Shown in pieces: positions 1-16,430 of a stretch of DNA of 64,000 bases; position 1 is the stretch's first letter; the number at the start of each line of letters is the position of its first letter. Where the stretch lies: NCBI GenBank assembly GCA_021613535.1, contig CP075495.1, positions 9,114,001 to 9,178,000 of the forward strand, written 5' to 3'. This DNA is from Adineta vaga (Eukaryota; Animalia; Rotifera). Below the pieces are notes generated by a model. The model worked only from the letters and a program-made list of their open reading frames with translations. It did not search any database and had not been told where the DNA came from. Position numbers and translations under genes: made by a program.

Positions 1-546
1 AAAAATGTCATATATATTTATGCTCTTCCGATATCAACGATGACGCGATGTAATTGGCGAAACGTGCACATTTTCTCTCTTATAGAAGGAGACATCCCTT
101 TTTTTCTACAGTAAATCTTTCTTATAGATGTGCTGAACTATATACGTACATAGAGAAATAGAGAGGAAATGAGAGAAGATTTACAAGGCATTATCAGAAT
201 AAATGTCACTCTCGAACGAATATCTCTATTACCATCGTGTTTGTAATTATTAGATTAGATTGTTTCTCTTGTGTTATGTTATAATTAGGATAAAGAAGAA
301 ACAATTAATAAAAAAGAAAGCAAATAGAATGATAAAGACGATTTTGTAATAAGAAAAACGTTGGCATTGCTTTGTTAAATTAGCTCAGTAAGAGACGAGA
401 AAAAACGGTTACATATATAAACAATTGTACAACTATCTCATCAAAGTGTCGATTAAATTATTACGTTCAATTTTGATCAAACAGAACATTTCTTTTGTAT
501 ATGCATGAAGAAATTCTAATAGAAAGTATATCTACATTTAACATAC

Positions 547-1263
547 CATCTGTACCTCGATGTACAAATAAACGAGGTGGAATGATAAATGAGTATCGAG
601 AGAGTCGTCGAGCAACATTTCCATCAGTTCGTTGATTTGTCTGCATCATGGGCGCAAGATAATCTTCTGCTGACATTGAACCAAATTGTGTTCGATATAC
701 ATCGGGTCGAGTTGATGCTCGTCGAACACCGTATTGTGCCGCGTATGTATAACCAGTCGCTGCTGTACCACCATTATCTGCATCGAGTAATGATGTATCG
801 AGCATCTTGTTCAAATATTCAATATTTTTCGATGTTGTTCTTTCTATTTGTGTAGCTTTTACCTAATACAATTCAAGATAATTAACGATACAACTGTACT
901 TAGTACACAGATATTTGACTAGTGAATGCTACCATCACCTACTATCTTATGACCGTTTCAACTATCGATAGTCTATCTATATCTGTATAATAGTTTACGG
1001 TTGATTAGACCGATAAATAGAGTGTTTCGTACTGACTAATATAAGTGACTAGAGAAAGAGAGAAAAAATAGTTTTTAGACAAAGAAAAAGAATAGAAGAA
1101 AACTCTTCACCGGGATAATTTCTGCTCAACAATTTTGTTAATTTTTCTCAATCGTTCTGTCATTATTTTCTTGCCATGCTTTCGACAACGATTACGTGAT
1201 GATTAGCAGTCAACTTCTTATATTTGCCAAAAATTCTCTCATCTGCATCTGTCTTGTGTCGTT
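547..1263 (-). CDS. 5' exons of an unidentified protein-coding gene that probably continues left of the window
   Basis: Exon 547-862 is open in one frame (..KSYTNRKRTTSKNIEYLNKMLDTSLLDADNGGTAATGYTYAAQYGVRRAS..FVHRGTD), bounded by a TAG acceptor (863-864) and a GTATGT donor (541-546). A second exon-like stretch at ~1110-1263 (MTERLRKINKIVEQKLSR) does not phase-match directly. No family recognised. Confidence 0.4.
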
Positions 1264-1912
1264 CTAGTAGCTATGTAGAGCAAAAAGAAAATAACTTAAT
1301 ATGAATGTAACCATTTTACTGCTATCATCACCCAACCATTCGTTTACAATCGATCTAATCCTTCTTTTATTAAATCAAATATTTCAGTGAAGAAAGAGTG
1401 AGAGCGAGAAGGGAAAAGAAGTGTCTTCTTTTTTTCGCTAAATCTAGTCTGTTGTTAATACTTGAATAGGAGTAACATGTATAATAATTAAGAATTGAAT
1501 TATTTATTCGTTGTCGTCATCGTCTTGATCAACTTCCTCTTCACTATTGATTTCAGTACTTTTGTATGAAAAAACGACATATATTCAACAGCGAAAGAAT
1601 AAAAGAATCTATCAAATAGATTTCTTCTTCTTCTTCTTCTTCTGAAAGTCGACTTAATTGATCAAGTAGATCTATAATTTTCATGGATGAAAATGTATCT
1701 TCAATAATAGTATTACATTCATTCAAAAGTAGACAATAAGAAGAGAAGAAGAAAGTGTGCTCTTCGATGGTAATTAGACGAATAAATTGATGTCTATTTT
1801 GTTTTCATTGACTTCATCATATCAATTAATAAATGTTCAGATCAATTAAACTATCTATCACATCAATTAATCTTAAGAGAAAAAAATTATCAACAGATAT
1901 AAATATATAAAT

Positions 1913-2350
1913 ATGCAAACTATCACCAGAAATCGACATTCACTAACTGCTATCATGTCAACTATTGTCTTATCTCCAATTGTTTCTTCGAAAAAGCAAA
2001 TTCGACCTTCAACACCTATTCGTCGTCGTTGTCTAGCACCACTTCAATGCAATTCAACGCGTACAATCTATATGCAACAAGTCTTACTCAATCTTATTGA
2101 ATGCCTTAAAGATTCAACAGACTCTTCAACACAATTATTGATACGTTTATATCATCATAAATCTCCTCGATTACATGATCAACCAGAAAAATTACTTTTA
2201 TTTCAACAAGAAATCTATTCTGGTTTACGTCGTCTGCATCCATCTATGATCAATTCATCTTTATTTGATCAAGAAAATCAATTGATTGCAACACCACAAC
2301 CGATCATTGCAAGTCGATCAGCACAAGCTACTGTTCGAAAACTTCACTAA
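1913..2350 (+). CDS. single-exon hypothetical protein, 145 aa
   Basis: ATG-initiated ORF with coding-like composition in an AT-rich background, AATAAA at 2401. No recognisable domain. Confidence 0.6.
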   Translation: MQTITRNRHSLTAIMSTIVLSPIVSSKKQIRPSTPIRRRCLAPLQCNSTRTIYMQQVLLNLIECLKDSTDSSTQLLIRLYHHKSPRLHDQPEKLLLFQQEIYSGLRRLHPSMINSSLFDQENQLIATPQPIIASRSAQATVRKLH

Positions 2351-2693
2351 TTTTTTTTATTTGATTTTTAATAAGCAATTTGTTATTTTATTTTCATGAT
2401 AATAAAGAAAAATAGAAAAATATCTTCTCTTTCTTTCCATCGTTTTCTTCTTGTAGAAAAGAAACATCGCAGTCATCTTTTGAAGAAAAAAAATTGAAAA
2501 GAAAAACATTCAGCAAGCTTGTTCGATTGCAAAGGATTTTTTTTCTCTGTATACATTTTTGTTATTCACCCTTTAGCAAAGACAAACTAACGTGAATATT
2601 AATTTCTATGGATGCAATACACACAAACATGTTAAATGTCATTCGAATAAGTGAAAAGAAATTGAAATATAAAGAGAAGAAAAAACTCTTACG

Positions 2694-5139
2694 ATGCTGT
2701 CAACAGAAGTAAAAAGAAAAGGAAATTAATTTTTCTTAAGAATTTTAGCTTATTATCTTTTTAGACTTCGAATAATATAACAGATAAACTAACCACGGAA
2801 TTGGCTGATGAGATTGATAATGAAGTAGATGGAGAAGGTAATGAATTACAATTAGTAGATCAAAAGGAAGCAAGAACCAGAACGAAAAAGTCCGGTAGAT
2901 ATCACAAATACAAAAGATATAAATCTACCAACAAGTTTAAAATCTGCTGTTTCCACAATACGAACGGATGGCAAACGTGTACGAATTAATCAACCACGTG
3001 ATTCGTCATCGCATTTAAATAGTGTATCTATTAAACGTGATCCAATTGTCGAATCAATTATTGAATCTCGAAAATGTTCAGTCATTGAAAATACTTATAC
3101 ACGTTTAGCACAATTGACTCGACCTACACAACGTTCGACTTTATTTGATATACGTCCTCCAACAACAGAATCCGAGACAAAACGCAAAGAAAGAGCACCG
3201 AGTTCGCATAGTGAAAAAAAAGAAAATTTACCGACCACAATTGAATATAGTCTTGATGGATGGGATGAAGGATTGAATGAGGAAATCGAAAGAGGTATTT
3301 GAGATATGATTGAAAGAATGCGAAGAATTATATTGAATTGTTCTCATCAATAGATAATATTAATCCAGCAGATAAAAGTTGTGTACAATTATATGAAGAA
3401 AAATGTAAACAAATGAATCTTTGTCCATGTACGATTATTTTAAGAACTTTAAATACAACCACAATCAATCTAACAAATTATGGACTTGGTCCAAGAGGAT
3501 GTGCAGCTTTAGTAGTTGGCCTCATTGTGAGTTTTTATATTCTGAATTAGTAGACTCGTTGATTTTTATCATGTTTATTTAGCGTAATACAACTGTTCTT
3601 TCACTAAATTTGTCTGGGAATAATATTGGTAATGCTGGAATGACACATCTTTATCAAATTATTACTGAAAATGCGTTTATTGAGGAATATGTATGTCGAA
3701 ATTTATAAATCATTCATTGATTTTCTTTTGTTTAGGATCTTTCATTTAATAATCTTGGTACAAAAGGTAATGAGAAGTTAGTCAAAGCGATTGCTAATTG
3801 TAATCAATTAAAAACATTAAATGTGGCAGGTTTGAAATATAAATTATTATAATTTTGTGTGAAATAAAATTGACTTTGATACGTAGGCAATGAATTTACA
3901 CATACAGTTCTTCAACTTTTACTTGAGAAGTTAGAAGTACGCATCGTTTATGTGTGTTTTTTTTTCTGCAAACAATTGAAAGATTTCTATGTAGGATCAT
4001 TCGCATCTGAAAAATCTTAATATTAGTCACAATGAATTAGATGAAGAAGGTGGCGAATTTCTTGCTGGTTGGATTGGTAAAATTTTATTTCCTAATAAAA
4101 CTAAACTAAATTTTTATTTCAATATTTTAGCTGAAAATCATAGTCTAGTGAATTTTGATGCTAGTTGGTGTAGTATTCGTTTGAAAGGTGCTGTAGCAAC
4201 GGCAAAAGCAATTGGTGAAAATAATCGATTAGAAACTCTTGATCTATCATATAATAGTTTTACAAATCAAACAATTCCATTTATTACAAATTCACTTACA
4301 TCAAATTCTGCTCTATTAGAATTGAATTTACGTGGAAGTCATTTTATAAGTAGATTTGAAGGCGAGGTGAAAATCAAACCAGATTGTTTAATCAATGGTA
4401 AAGAATGTCAAATCTATGATATGTTTGTAGCTGCAGCAACTAATCAATCATTAAAAATATTGCAAGTAATATGATTTCGGCAAGAAGAAATGTTTTCATT
4501 TTAACTGGTTTTCTTTCTCTTTCAGTTAGGAGAAAATCATATTGATGAACGTTGTTTGATGATTATGTTGCAATCACTAGCAGAAGTAGAAGATATTAGT
4601 TTGGAAGAATTAGATTTAACCGTATGTCTTTCAATGTTTGTTTATGAAAATGTTGTCGTCTTACTTTTTCTATAGGGTATTATAACAAATAGTAGTTTGA
4701 TAACAAAAGGTCATGAATTATTTGCAAATCATCCTAAATTGAATGTTTATGTTGGACCAGTGAAACAGATGATAGAATCTTTTGCAAATAATCTCGTCGG
4801 CTTGATACATGCATATTGTCAAGAAAATGAAATAAGTTTATCGGACATATTCAATCTAAATGAAGGAGCAGCGACGACAATAACGACCATTACTTACGAA
4901 CATTTTCTTGAAACATTACGCAAAGCAAAGATTCCATTTCCGAAAGCACTCATTAATGATATCATGAAACATTTGGTGAATTATATCTATGCATAACATG
5001 GAAATTTCATCTCATTTTTTTCTTTTTCTCTTTTAGGGACAGACTTGTGAACACGGCTCTATTTCTATCAAGTACAAACAAGAAAATCTTTCTATTCTTT
5101 GATAGTTATTCTTTCTCTTCTAGATCACTTCAATCTTAA
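2694..5139 (+). CDS. RNI-like leucine-rich repeat protein, LRRC74-like, with a degenerate EF-hand-like C-terminus (~12 exons; frame break near 2870)
   Basis: Spliced exons give repeated LxxLxLxxNxxG motifs (INLTNYGLGPRGCAAL, LNLSGNNIGNAG, DLSFNNLGTKG, LNISHNELDEEG, LDLSYNSFTNQ), then SLSDIFNLNEG..ITYEHFLETLRKAKIPF. Splice phases are consistent from 3353 to the stop at 5137-5139. Confidence 0.7.
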
Positions 5140-6716
5140 TTACAGTGAAAACTGTTGCAAATTCATTTTCTTTTTTTATTATTTTGGTACTTTATTCACA
5201 TGCATATATATATATATCTGTGTGTGAATGCTGAAAATATCTTCTATTAATTAATGTTTTATGCTGACGTATGTAGCGATATGTTTACCTCATCCAAGCA
5301 ATTAGTTCGCTTAATCAACATATTTGCCGACATCAACAGCCAATACAGCTGTCGATTCTTTTTCACTGGTTTTCTAATTACAGACTTATTTTGGTCATTG
5401 CATAATCAACATCATTCTCTCTTTCTCCCTTTACCATTCTTTTGATTTGTTTTATACAGCATACCTTCATTTGTCATGCATTTTTGTTGCTTTTCGCATA
5501 TATATTTATTATAAACATATGTGTATGATTTAGATGACGGTTTTACTTTTTAACAACTTAATTAATATTTACTGACGTATTGCTGATAGAAATCAATAAA
5601 ACTGATAAGGTTTTAGATTGTCATTTATGATGAGCACGCATGCGATTGATAAGATTTATCGTCGGCACATCTATATTGAAGTTTTAATGAAAAGTATACG
5701 TATATTCGAATAACAGTAAGAAATGAAAGTATTTAACTTTTTCTTCTCGATGACGTTTACATCGCATATGAGTTAAGTATCGAGTGGTATGCGTGAAAAT
5801 CAGCTATACTGTCTACAGATATTTTATAGACATACATATGTATATATATATATACAGAGAAAGAGAGTCTATATTTTAGTGTATGAAATAATTGCTAGAA
5901 GGGAAAATATCAGCGGTAACCATTTATGTAAGTTTTTAAGTTTATTTCTTTTTTTTTTCATTTCATGAAATATACTCAGAGAGTATTTTTAGTTTGAAAA
6001 AAATCTTAAAATAGTTTGTGAAGTTTTATGTATTTGTTGTGGGAGTTCTAGTCATGAAACCAAATAGAATGCAATTTATTTTTGAAGAGAATACGAAATA
6101 GATTCTTTCGTTTCACATTGTATATAAAATGAAATGCGTCATATAATATTTATATTTCTTAAAGAATGTTTTTTGCGCGTCATTATATTATAAAAAGATC
6201 TTGTCGTTGTTTTTCTTTCTCATTCTCTTTCGCTGTTGTTTCTTCGCGAACGAAATACGTTGTTTGATAACAGTCATAGTGAGTAAAATGACGAATACGA
6301 TCCCTCTTAATCGTTTCTTCTTTTTCTTCCTCTTCTTACACGATTTCGCATACTTATTCGGTGCACATCGAATATATATATGAATGTCTGCTATTACATA
6401 TTCTTAGCATCAAATCTATCGAATTTTTCTTTGTTGACGTTTATATGTAAAGTGGTAATAGTAAGTGAGCGTAGTTTGTCGTTTTGAAACATAAATATAC
6501 ATAAAATATACAAGAAAAAGAAAAGAACAAAAGACATAATGGCGGCTAAAGTTGAAAGGGGCAAAATTCATTTTTCGTGGTTAAAATAGTTTATTCTCCT
6601 ATTTTTGAAAAAACAAATTCGCCTTGATTTCTCATATCTCATTTTATCAGTAGAAAGGGTGCGTAATAGTTTCTTTTTCATTTCTAATGAAATTGTTTTC
6701 TCGATTATAAAAGTGA

Positions 6717-6739
6717 AAGAACGAACGAACGAACGAACG
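6717..6739. repeat. (GAAC)n tetranucleotide microsatellite
   Basis: gaacgaacgaacgaacgaacga read directly. Confidence 0.8.
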
Positions 6740-6978
6740 ATAGACATGACCATCTAGCCTCAGGCATAGTAAAATATGTAAGGAATGAGAATTATTTCAA
6801 TGATGTAGATACAATCTGTGCATATTCTCACCATATGTTCGTTTTTCACATCTTCTGTTCTTTTTCCTTAATAAAAATGAACAAATCAAAAAGACATCAT
6901 ATACGTACGAATATTTCATTGCATTGCATCTCTTTGCTTTCTTTTTCAATTCTAGAAATTTTATAAACAGACGTAAAC

Positions 6979-7992
6979 ATGAACGGAAATCATCATTATC
7001 ATCATGGTAACAATTCAATGTGCAATCAGAATCAGATACCAAAAAATCTCCCATTGAAAAAACGTCGAGCGTATCTTGTGGATTCATCAGCAATCAATAC
7101 AAATAATGAACGAGATGAAAACTATGCCAATTATTCCTCAGGAACAATGAGACAGTATGTATTTTGATTTTCTATTTTTAACACTGTCATTAAGAAAGAT
7201 ATTTTCGTATCACATTATATTGTATATGATTTCTCATTAGGAAGTAAATTACTGTATAAAAATAAAAATATTTTCTTTTTGAAGATCTTATCCAACAGAA
7301 GATTCTCTTCAAATTCATCTACCACCAATTGTTATTCCAACGCCACCATCTTCTCCTCATATTGAATTATTACGACAGCATTATGCACATTTATTGGGAA
7401 ATTCAACGAACACTTCACATCAACATTTATTTCCACCACCAACTACATATGAATGTCTTCTGGCACAAAAACTACTTGCACAACAATTTCTTAATGATTA
7501 TCGAGCATCTATGGGACAACAACAACAACAACAACAACAATACGGTTATACGGTTGTTGAAGGTAGGTCAACAAATTTTTTTATCAGCTGACTAATTATT
7601 TACATTGTATTTATATTCATATAGATAAACAAAGAGAAGCGGATGTAACAATTGATGAACATTTTCGAAAATCTCTCGGTCATAATTATGATAAACTGAA
7701 TGGTGGATTTTTAACACCTGATACATCGTCATCAAATAGTTCACCAGTTGAGCGAACGCCAAGTATGAACGAAATCAGCTGATTTCTTTATTTTTTTAAA
7801 TCTTTTTTCTTGATTATTCTTTATAGTTGATTCAATCGAAGAACATTTTGCTCGATCACTCGGTAAATTTTGGCCGTTACAAATTTCGTCACTGAAGATC
7901 ATAACACATCAGGAACTGAATCTGTTGTTGATGATCATTTTGCTAAAGCTCTCGGGGCAACGACATGGGAAAAACTGAAAGAAAAATCATGA
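6979..7992 (+). CDS. VGLL4: Vestigial-like 4 / Tgi-type TEAD-binding co-repressor with three Tondu (TDU) motifs
   Basis: Motifs VTIDEHFRKSLG (7645-7680), SIEEHFARSLG (~7831-7864) and SVVDDHFAKALGATTW (~7921-7968) match the TDU consensus V[DE][DE]HFxx[SA]LG. N-terminal LPLKKRR and a polyQ tract. Four exons; TDU3 is in a shifted frame (see findings). Confidence 0.85.
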
Positions 7993-8587
7993 AAATTTTA
8001 TACGTATGTGCGTGTGTATATGTATTGATCTCTAGTGGCATTTGTTTGTTTGTTTGTTCATTACTCTATCTCTCTTCTTTCTCTTTATATCTGATGACAC
8101 CCGGTGTCAGTGTATACATGACGAATAGAGTTTTTTTTGTTTCTCTATTTTATAAACTTAAAAGTTAATAAATAGATGAATAAGTTCGATTGATATTTTC
8201 AAAATTGAAAGTACAATACTGTGATTGTTGTTGATTATTTGGTTTTGTTTTGCTTTGATGTTTAGTTGATCGTTTAGTAGAAAACTTATTTGTGTATGAT
8301 GCATTAGAAAAATATGGATTTATCATTACACCAGGAGATGGTCGACCACGAAAATCTGGTTGATAAAGAGAAGATTGACATAGATGATCACACTTGCCAA
8401 AGTTTATATGACATCGATGATGAGCTGCATATGAAAAGAAAAAAAGCCGAATTTATGTTTAAGATCAAAAAACATTTTTCTTCCATGAAAACACTTTCCT
8501 TAACGATTCTTTTTGTTCTTATCATATCGTTAAGCTAAATATTTATGTACTGTTTGATACCTGTTTTGATCTCTTATCAAATTGGTT

Positions 8588-10871
8588 TTAACATTCTGTA
8601 ACTGAGTGCATTTTCAATAGCAGGTAATGAGAAAATATAGGAAAAATTTACTCACTATACTGACTCAGGCAAATTGAGTATGAAAAAATGACAAAATATT
8701 TATTGATTTCATGACCAACAAATACTTACTATTGTCAGAATTGTTTCTGATATCTGATATAAAACTACCATCGCTATTAGGTGGAAGAGCGACTCCATTA
8801 TACATCATCGTCTTAATAGGCGGAGAAAGTATAGCTAAAAAATATACTGATTCAATCACTTAAGTGAGAGAAAAAAGGTAGATACGTTGGATAGGTGGTG
8901 CAATAGGTTTTGATGGCGGACAAACATTAGAAATGAACGGTATTGGATGTTGTGGTACAAAAAGTGGATGACTTTTCGTCGAAGTTGGCTGATTGTATAG
9001 AGGTATCCTAGGCATTGGTGATTCAATATGTGCTCTTATAAAACCTAGCAAATATACAAAACATTATATGATTATAATAGACTTGAAGAGAATGCAAAAC
9101 ATTCTTTTAACCTTTGGCGACAATTTCGAAATTGTTCGACATCGATTCATTCTGTGGTTGTTGAAAGTTGCTATAAAATCTATTTGATTATGCTTAGAAA
9201 AAGTAATTTAGAAAAAATGACAAACGGATAATTTTGAGTGGAGTTTGGTTGTTTTTGAGTTAATCCATTGATATTTAATGTTATTAAAATTTCATCACTA
9301 TCTCGTGCCTAGTATGAGTTTTATTTGTATTTATATTTTGAATACTTATGAATATATAATATTTACCATTTCTGACAATGCTTGTAATTGATGTTGAACT
9401 GAAGAGATAGATGTCAATGGTAAAGAGGGCTGTGAAACGGGAATATGAATTGGATCAGCTACGAGGAACTCTTTTGTAGATAATCCACTTGAATTTGGTA
9501 TAGGTATAGAAACTGATGAATGTCCAATTGTATCTGTCGGAGATTTAGAGTTATGATGATACGTATGTAGTGGATTAGTTGACATTCGTGGATCTGTACC
9601 AGTTTCTGAATCAGTTGTTATTTCTTCAATCTTTTTCGATTTCTCTTTATTTTTCTTTCGCTTCTTCATAATTATTTCACTATCTGTTGAATTATTTGTG
9701 TCTTTTTTCTTATGATATACAATATTACATTCAAACAAAGAATAAATGATAAAAAGAAATCATTCATAGACTTACATGATATTTTTTTACTTATAAAATA
9801 GCAAATAAATTAATGTAGATCAATCATAAATAATTAACTTACATTCATTGTTTTCTTTTTCCTCAGCTGTATCTTTTCTATAAGAAAACGAAAACTTTTT
9901 TTTGAAAATGTCATTTTAATCTTATTCTCTGAATTTATTAACTTCTTCTTTTTCTCTTTATTATTTGATAATTGAAGATTTGAATTGCATGTTGGCGATA
10001 AATGAAAATGATTATTATTCATAGGTGAAGACAAATACTGTTTTTTATATTGCACAATATCTATCTTTTGAACTAATTCATGAAGTGAATCAATTGATGT
10101 CTCATGATTTCCATTTTGTAAATAATTTTGACAAAAATGTTTTACATCTGCTAAAGAATGATCTTTATTAGATCTCACTTTCGATCGAGAAAATAAACAA
10201 TCTGAATTATTTGTTGATTGACATGTATTTATTTTCGAGATATGATCTTTTGTTGATAATAATACAACATTATCATCACTTTTACAATGCATGTTGATAG
10301 ACGACGTTTTTGATATGATAGAATACTGTTGAAGATCATTAAATAACCAATTGGAAGTCTAATTGACAAAAAGAAAAAGAAGAAAACTTTTTCTCTTGAG
10401 AAAAAGATGTTACATGACAAAAGGATAAGAGACTGTTTTTCTAGAATATAAGATAAAAAACATTGCCTATGATAACATCATGACAGAACAAGAAGAATAA
10501 ATAAAAACATATAATGATTATCATCATAACCTATTTTTTGTACTTAATAAGTTCAATAAACAAGATCTTTTTTGTCAAGGAATTTTGTTGAGAAATGTTC
10601 TACGATGTGCATTCTTATGTGATAGATAAATAAAACCAATTTTCATTGTTTATTTGCTTTAAAGGCATAAATCAATATCATTTGTTCTCATTAACAACCA
10701 CATGATTTCTATACATTATTCTAACCCTCTAACAAATCTCTTTTGTTTATATCCTTGAGACAATTGTTTATTGTAGTTTAACATAAAATGAATTGACATC
10801 TTGTATTATTCTGCACGTACCTTTTCTGTCGTAGATCGTTTAGTTAATGCAGAATTTGATTGTGTTTTCAT
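8588..10871 (-). CDS. multi-exon hypothetical protein (Lys-rich and Pro/Ser-rich, low complexity)
   Basis: Phase-consistent exons: MKTQSNSALTKRSTTEK | TSNWLFNDLQQY..KKKTMN | KKDTNNS..ALSEM | ARDSDEILITLN.. | FYSNFQQ..FEIVAK | GFIRAHIESP.. | ILSPPIKTMMYNG. The 3' end is uncertain. An upstream in-frame ATG (10934) is followed by TAG at codon 9. Confidence 0.5.
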
Positions 10872-11886
10872 TCTTGGTATCTGTATTGAACTGATCAATT
10901 GAGTGAACTATCTCCAGATATCTGATGAATCCATTTATAAACATGCAAAAGATCAATAATTGATCGTAAGAATAGAATAGAAACAAATTGGTTTATTGCG
11001 CATAAAAACTAAGTGATATATTTTCGTTTTTGGATGTCATTTTTATTTTTATTTATTTATTGATAATGAGATCTTCAGAAGACAAAGCAGGAAGAAAAAA
11101 AAAGAATGAACGAAAAAAAATGAGAGCAATCTCGAGCGCAAAAACTGACTTTAAATGTACGTGATATATATTTATATACATATATGGATGTATATACGTT
11201 TTAGAAATCGATCGCTATTTCTTTTATTTTCCTCAACAATCACATCGAGTGTGCAGAAGAAAGAAAAAGAATTATTTAATATGTGTAAAGAATAGAGATT
11301 AGAACAAAGGGATAAATATAGAAGGAGAACATACTATCGTAAGGGAAAAAACACAACAGACAAATAATGAGAAAGAAAAGAAAGATACATGTGCATGTAT
11401 ATAGATAAATGAAGACGATTTATTGACGTAGGTGAGAAAACAAAAATACCTATTTATGCTGTCTTATTTAAAAAGGAAGAAGAAGAAGAAGATGATGATG
11501 ATGACGATGATGATAATGATGAAAATGTACAATGCTCATGCTAGTAAATCTCGCTGTTTTGTAATTTAGTTTTGTGCTCTTCTATGTTTTCTGGGAATGA
11601 TTCTTGACAAACACTGTTTTACAAAAAACACGCACACATACGAATAGAAAAAAGAAAGAGAAAAGTCATGGCTGCTAGACTAATGAATAGGAACTAGAGA
11701 GCTTATACTTGTGTGTATCACAGTCAGACGCTTCTTCATTTCGGCGTCTAGTTATTTATGTGTTCAGGCGTCTGAACAGGTTTAGTTGTGATAACACATA
11801 ATATAGAAACACACACATATGAATTATAAATTACAAAAAGAAGAAACATAGGCATACACACATACAAAGCCACTCTATTTTATCAA

Positions 11887-15868
<3,982 letters not shown>

Positions 15869-16430
15869 GTTTTATGTGTATATATTTGTAAATTTGAAAA
15901 GAAAAGAAATTGAAGGATGCTTCAAGATAATATTAGTAATTGAATAAAAATATCATTGAGTATGTGTTAATCTAACGTTCATAGAAGGCTTTTTGATGTA
16001 TATCTGCATCGTTTGAATAAATGTGACAAACGAAAACAGTCGGAGAGAATTTATCTACAAATATGAAGAGAAAAAAAAAGAAATTCAAGCTTATGCCGTA
16101 GGGGCCCAACATCCACAACGACCAATACACAAACATTCAAGTTGTAGTTGTAGTAGCATCAATAGTTGATTACTTTACTGTTTTTTCTTGTGATCAACCA
16201 TCCAGCTATTCGTTTATTTATGATTTAGCACATTTATGCAGACATGAGTGTTGTATCATTTGACAGATGAAGCAAAAATGAATAGAGGTTCATGTATATA
16301 AGTAAAGGCAAATTTTTGACCAATTAGAAACGAAGATTTACTTTATATTATTATAGATGAATCAGACATTCAGCTGGACGTCCGTTTGAATTCTTTCTTT
16401 TGACTTTTTTTTATACAATAAAATTTAAGA

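Noticed and set aside
5254-7093. Several 60-100 aa ORFs upstream of VGLL4, and similar ones at 24156-27202 and 36615-36965
   Set aside because: Low-complexity translations of AT-rich intergenic, intronic or antisense sequence.
8314-8538. 74-aa + strand ORF with an acidic N-terminus and a hydrophobic end
   Set aside because: Could be a small or decayed gene, but it has no domain or splice support; too weak to call.
9170-9200. Apparent in-frame stop in the orphan gene at 8.6-10.9 kb
   Set aside because: Resolved by using the downstream AATAG acceptor (~9182).
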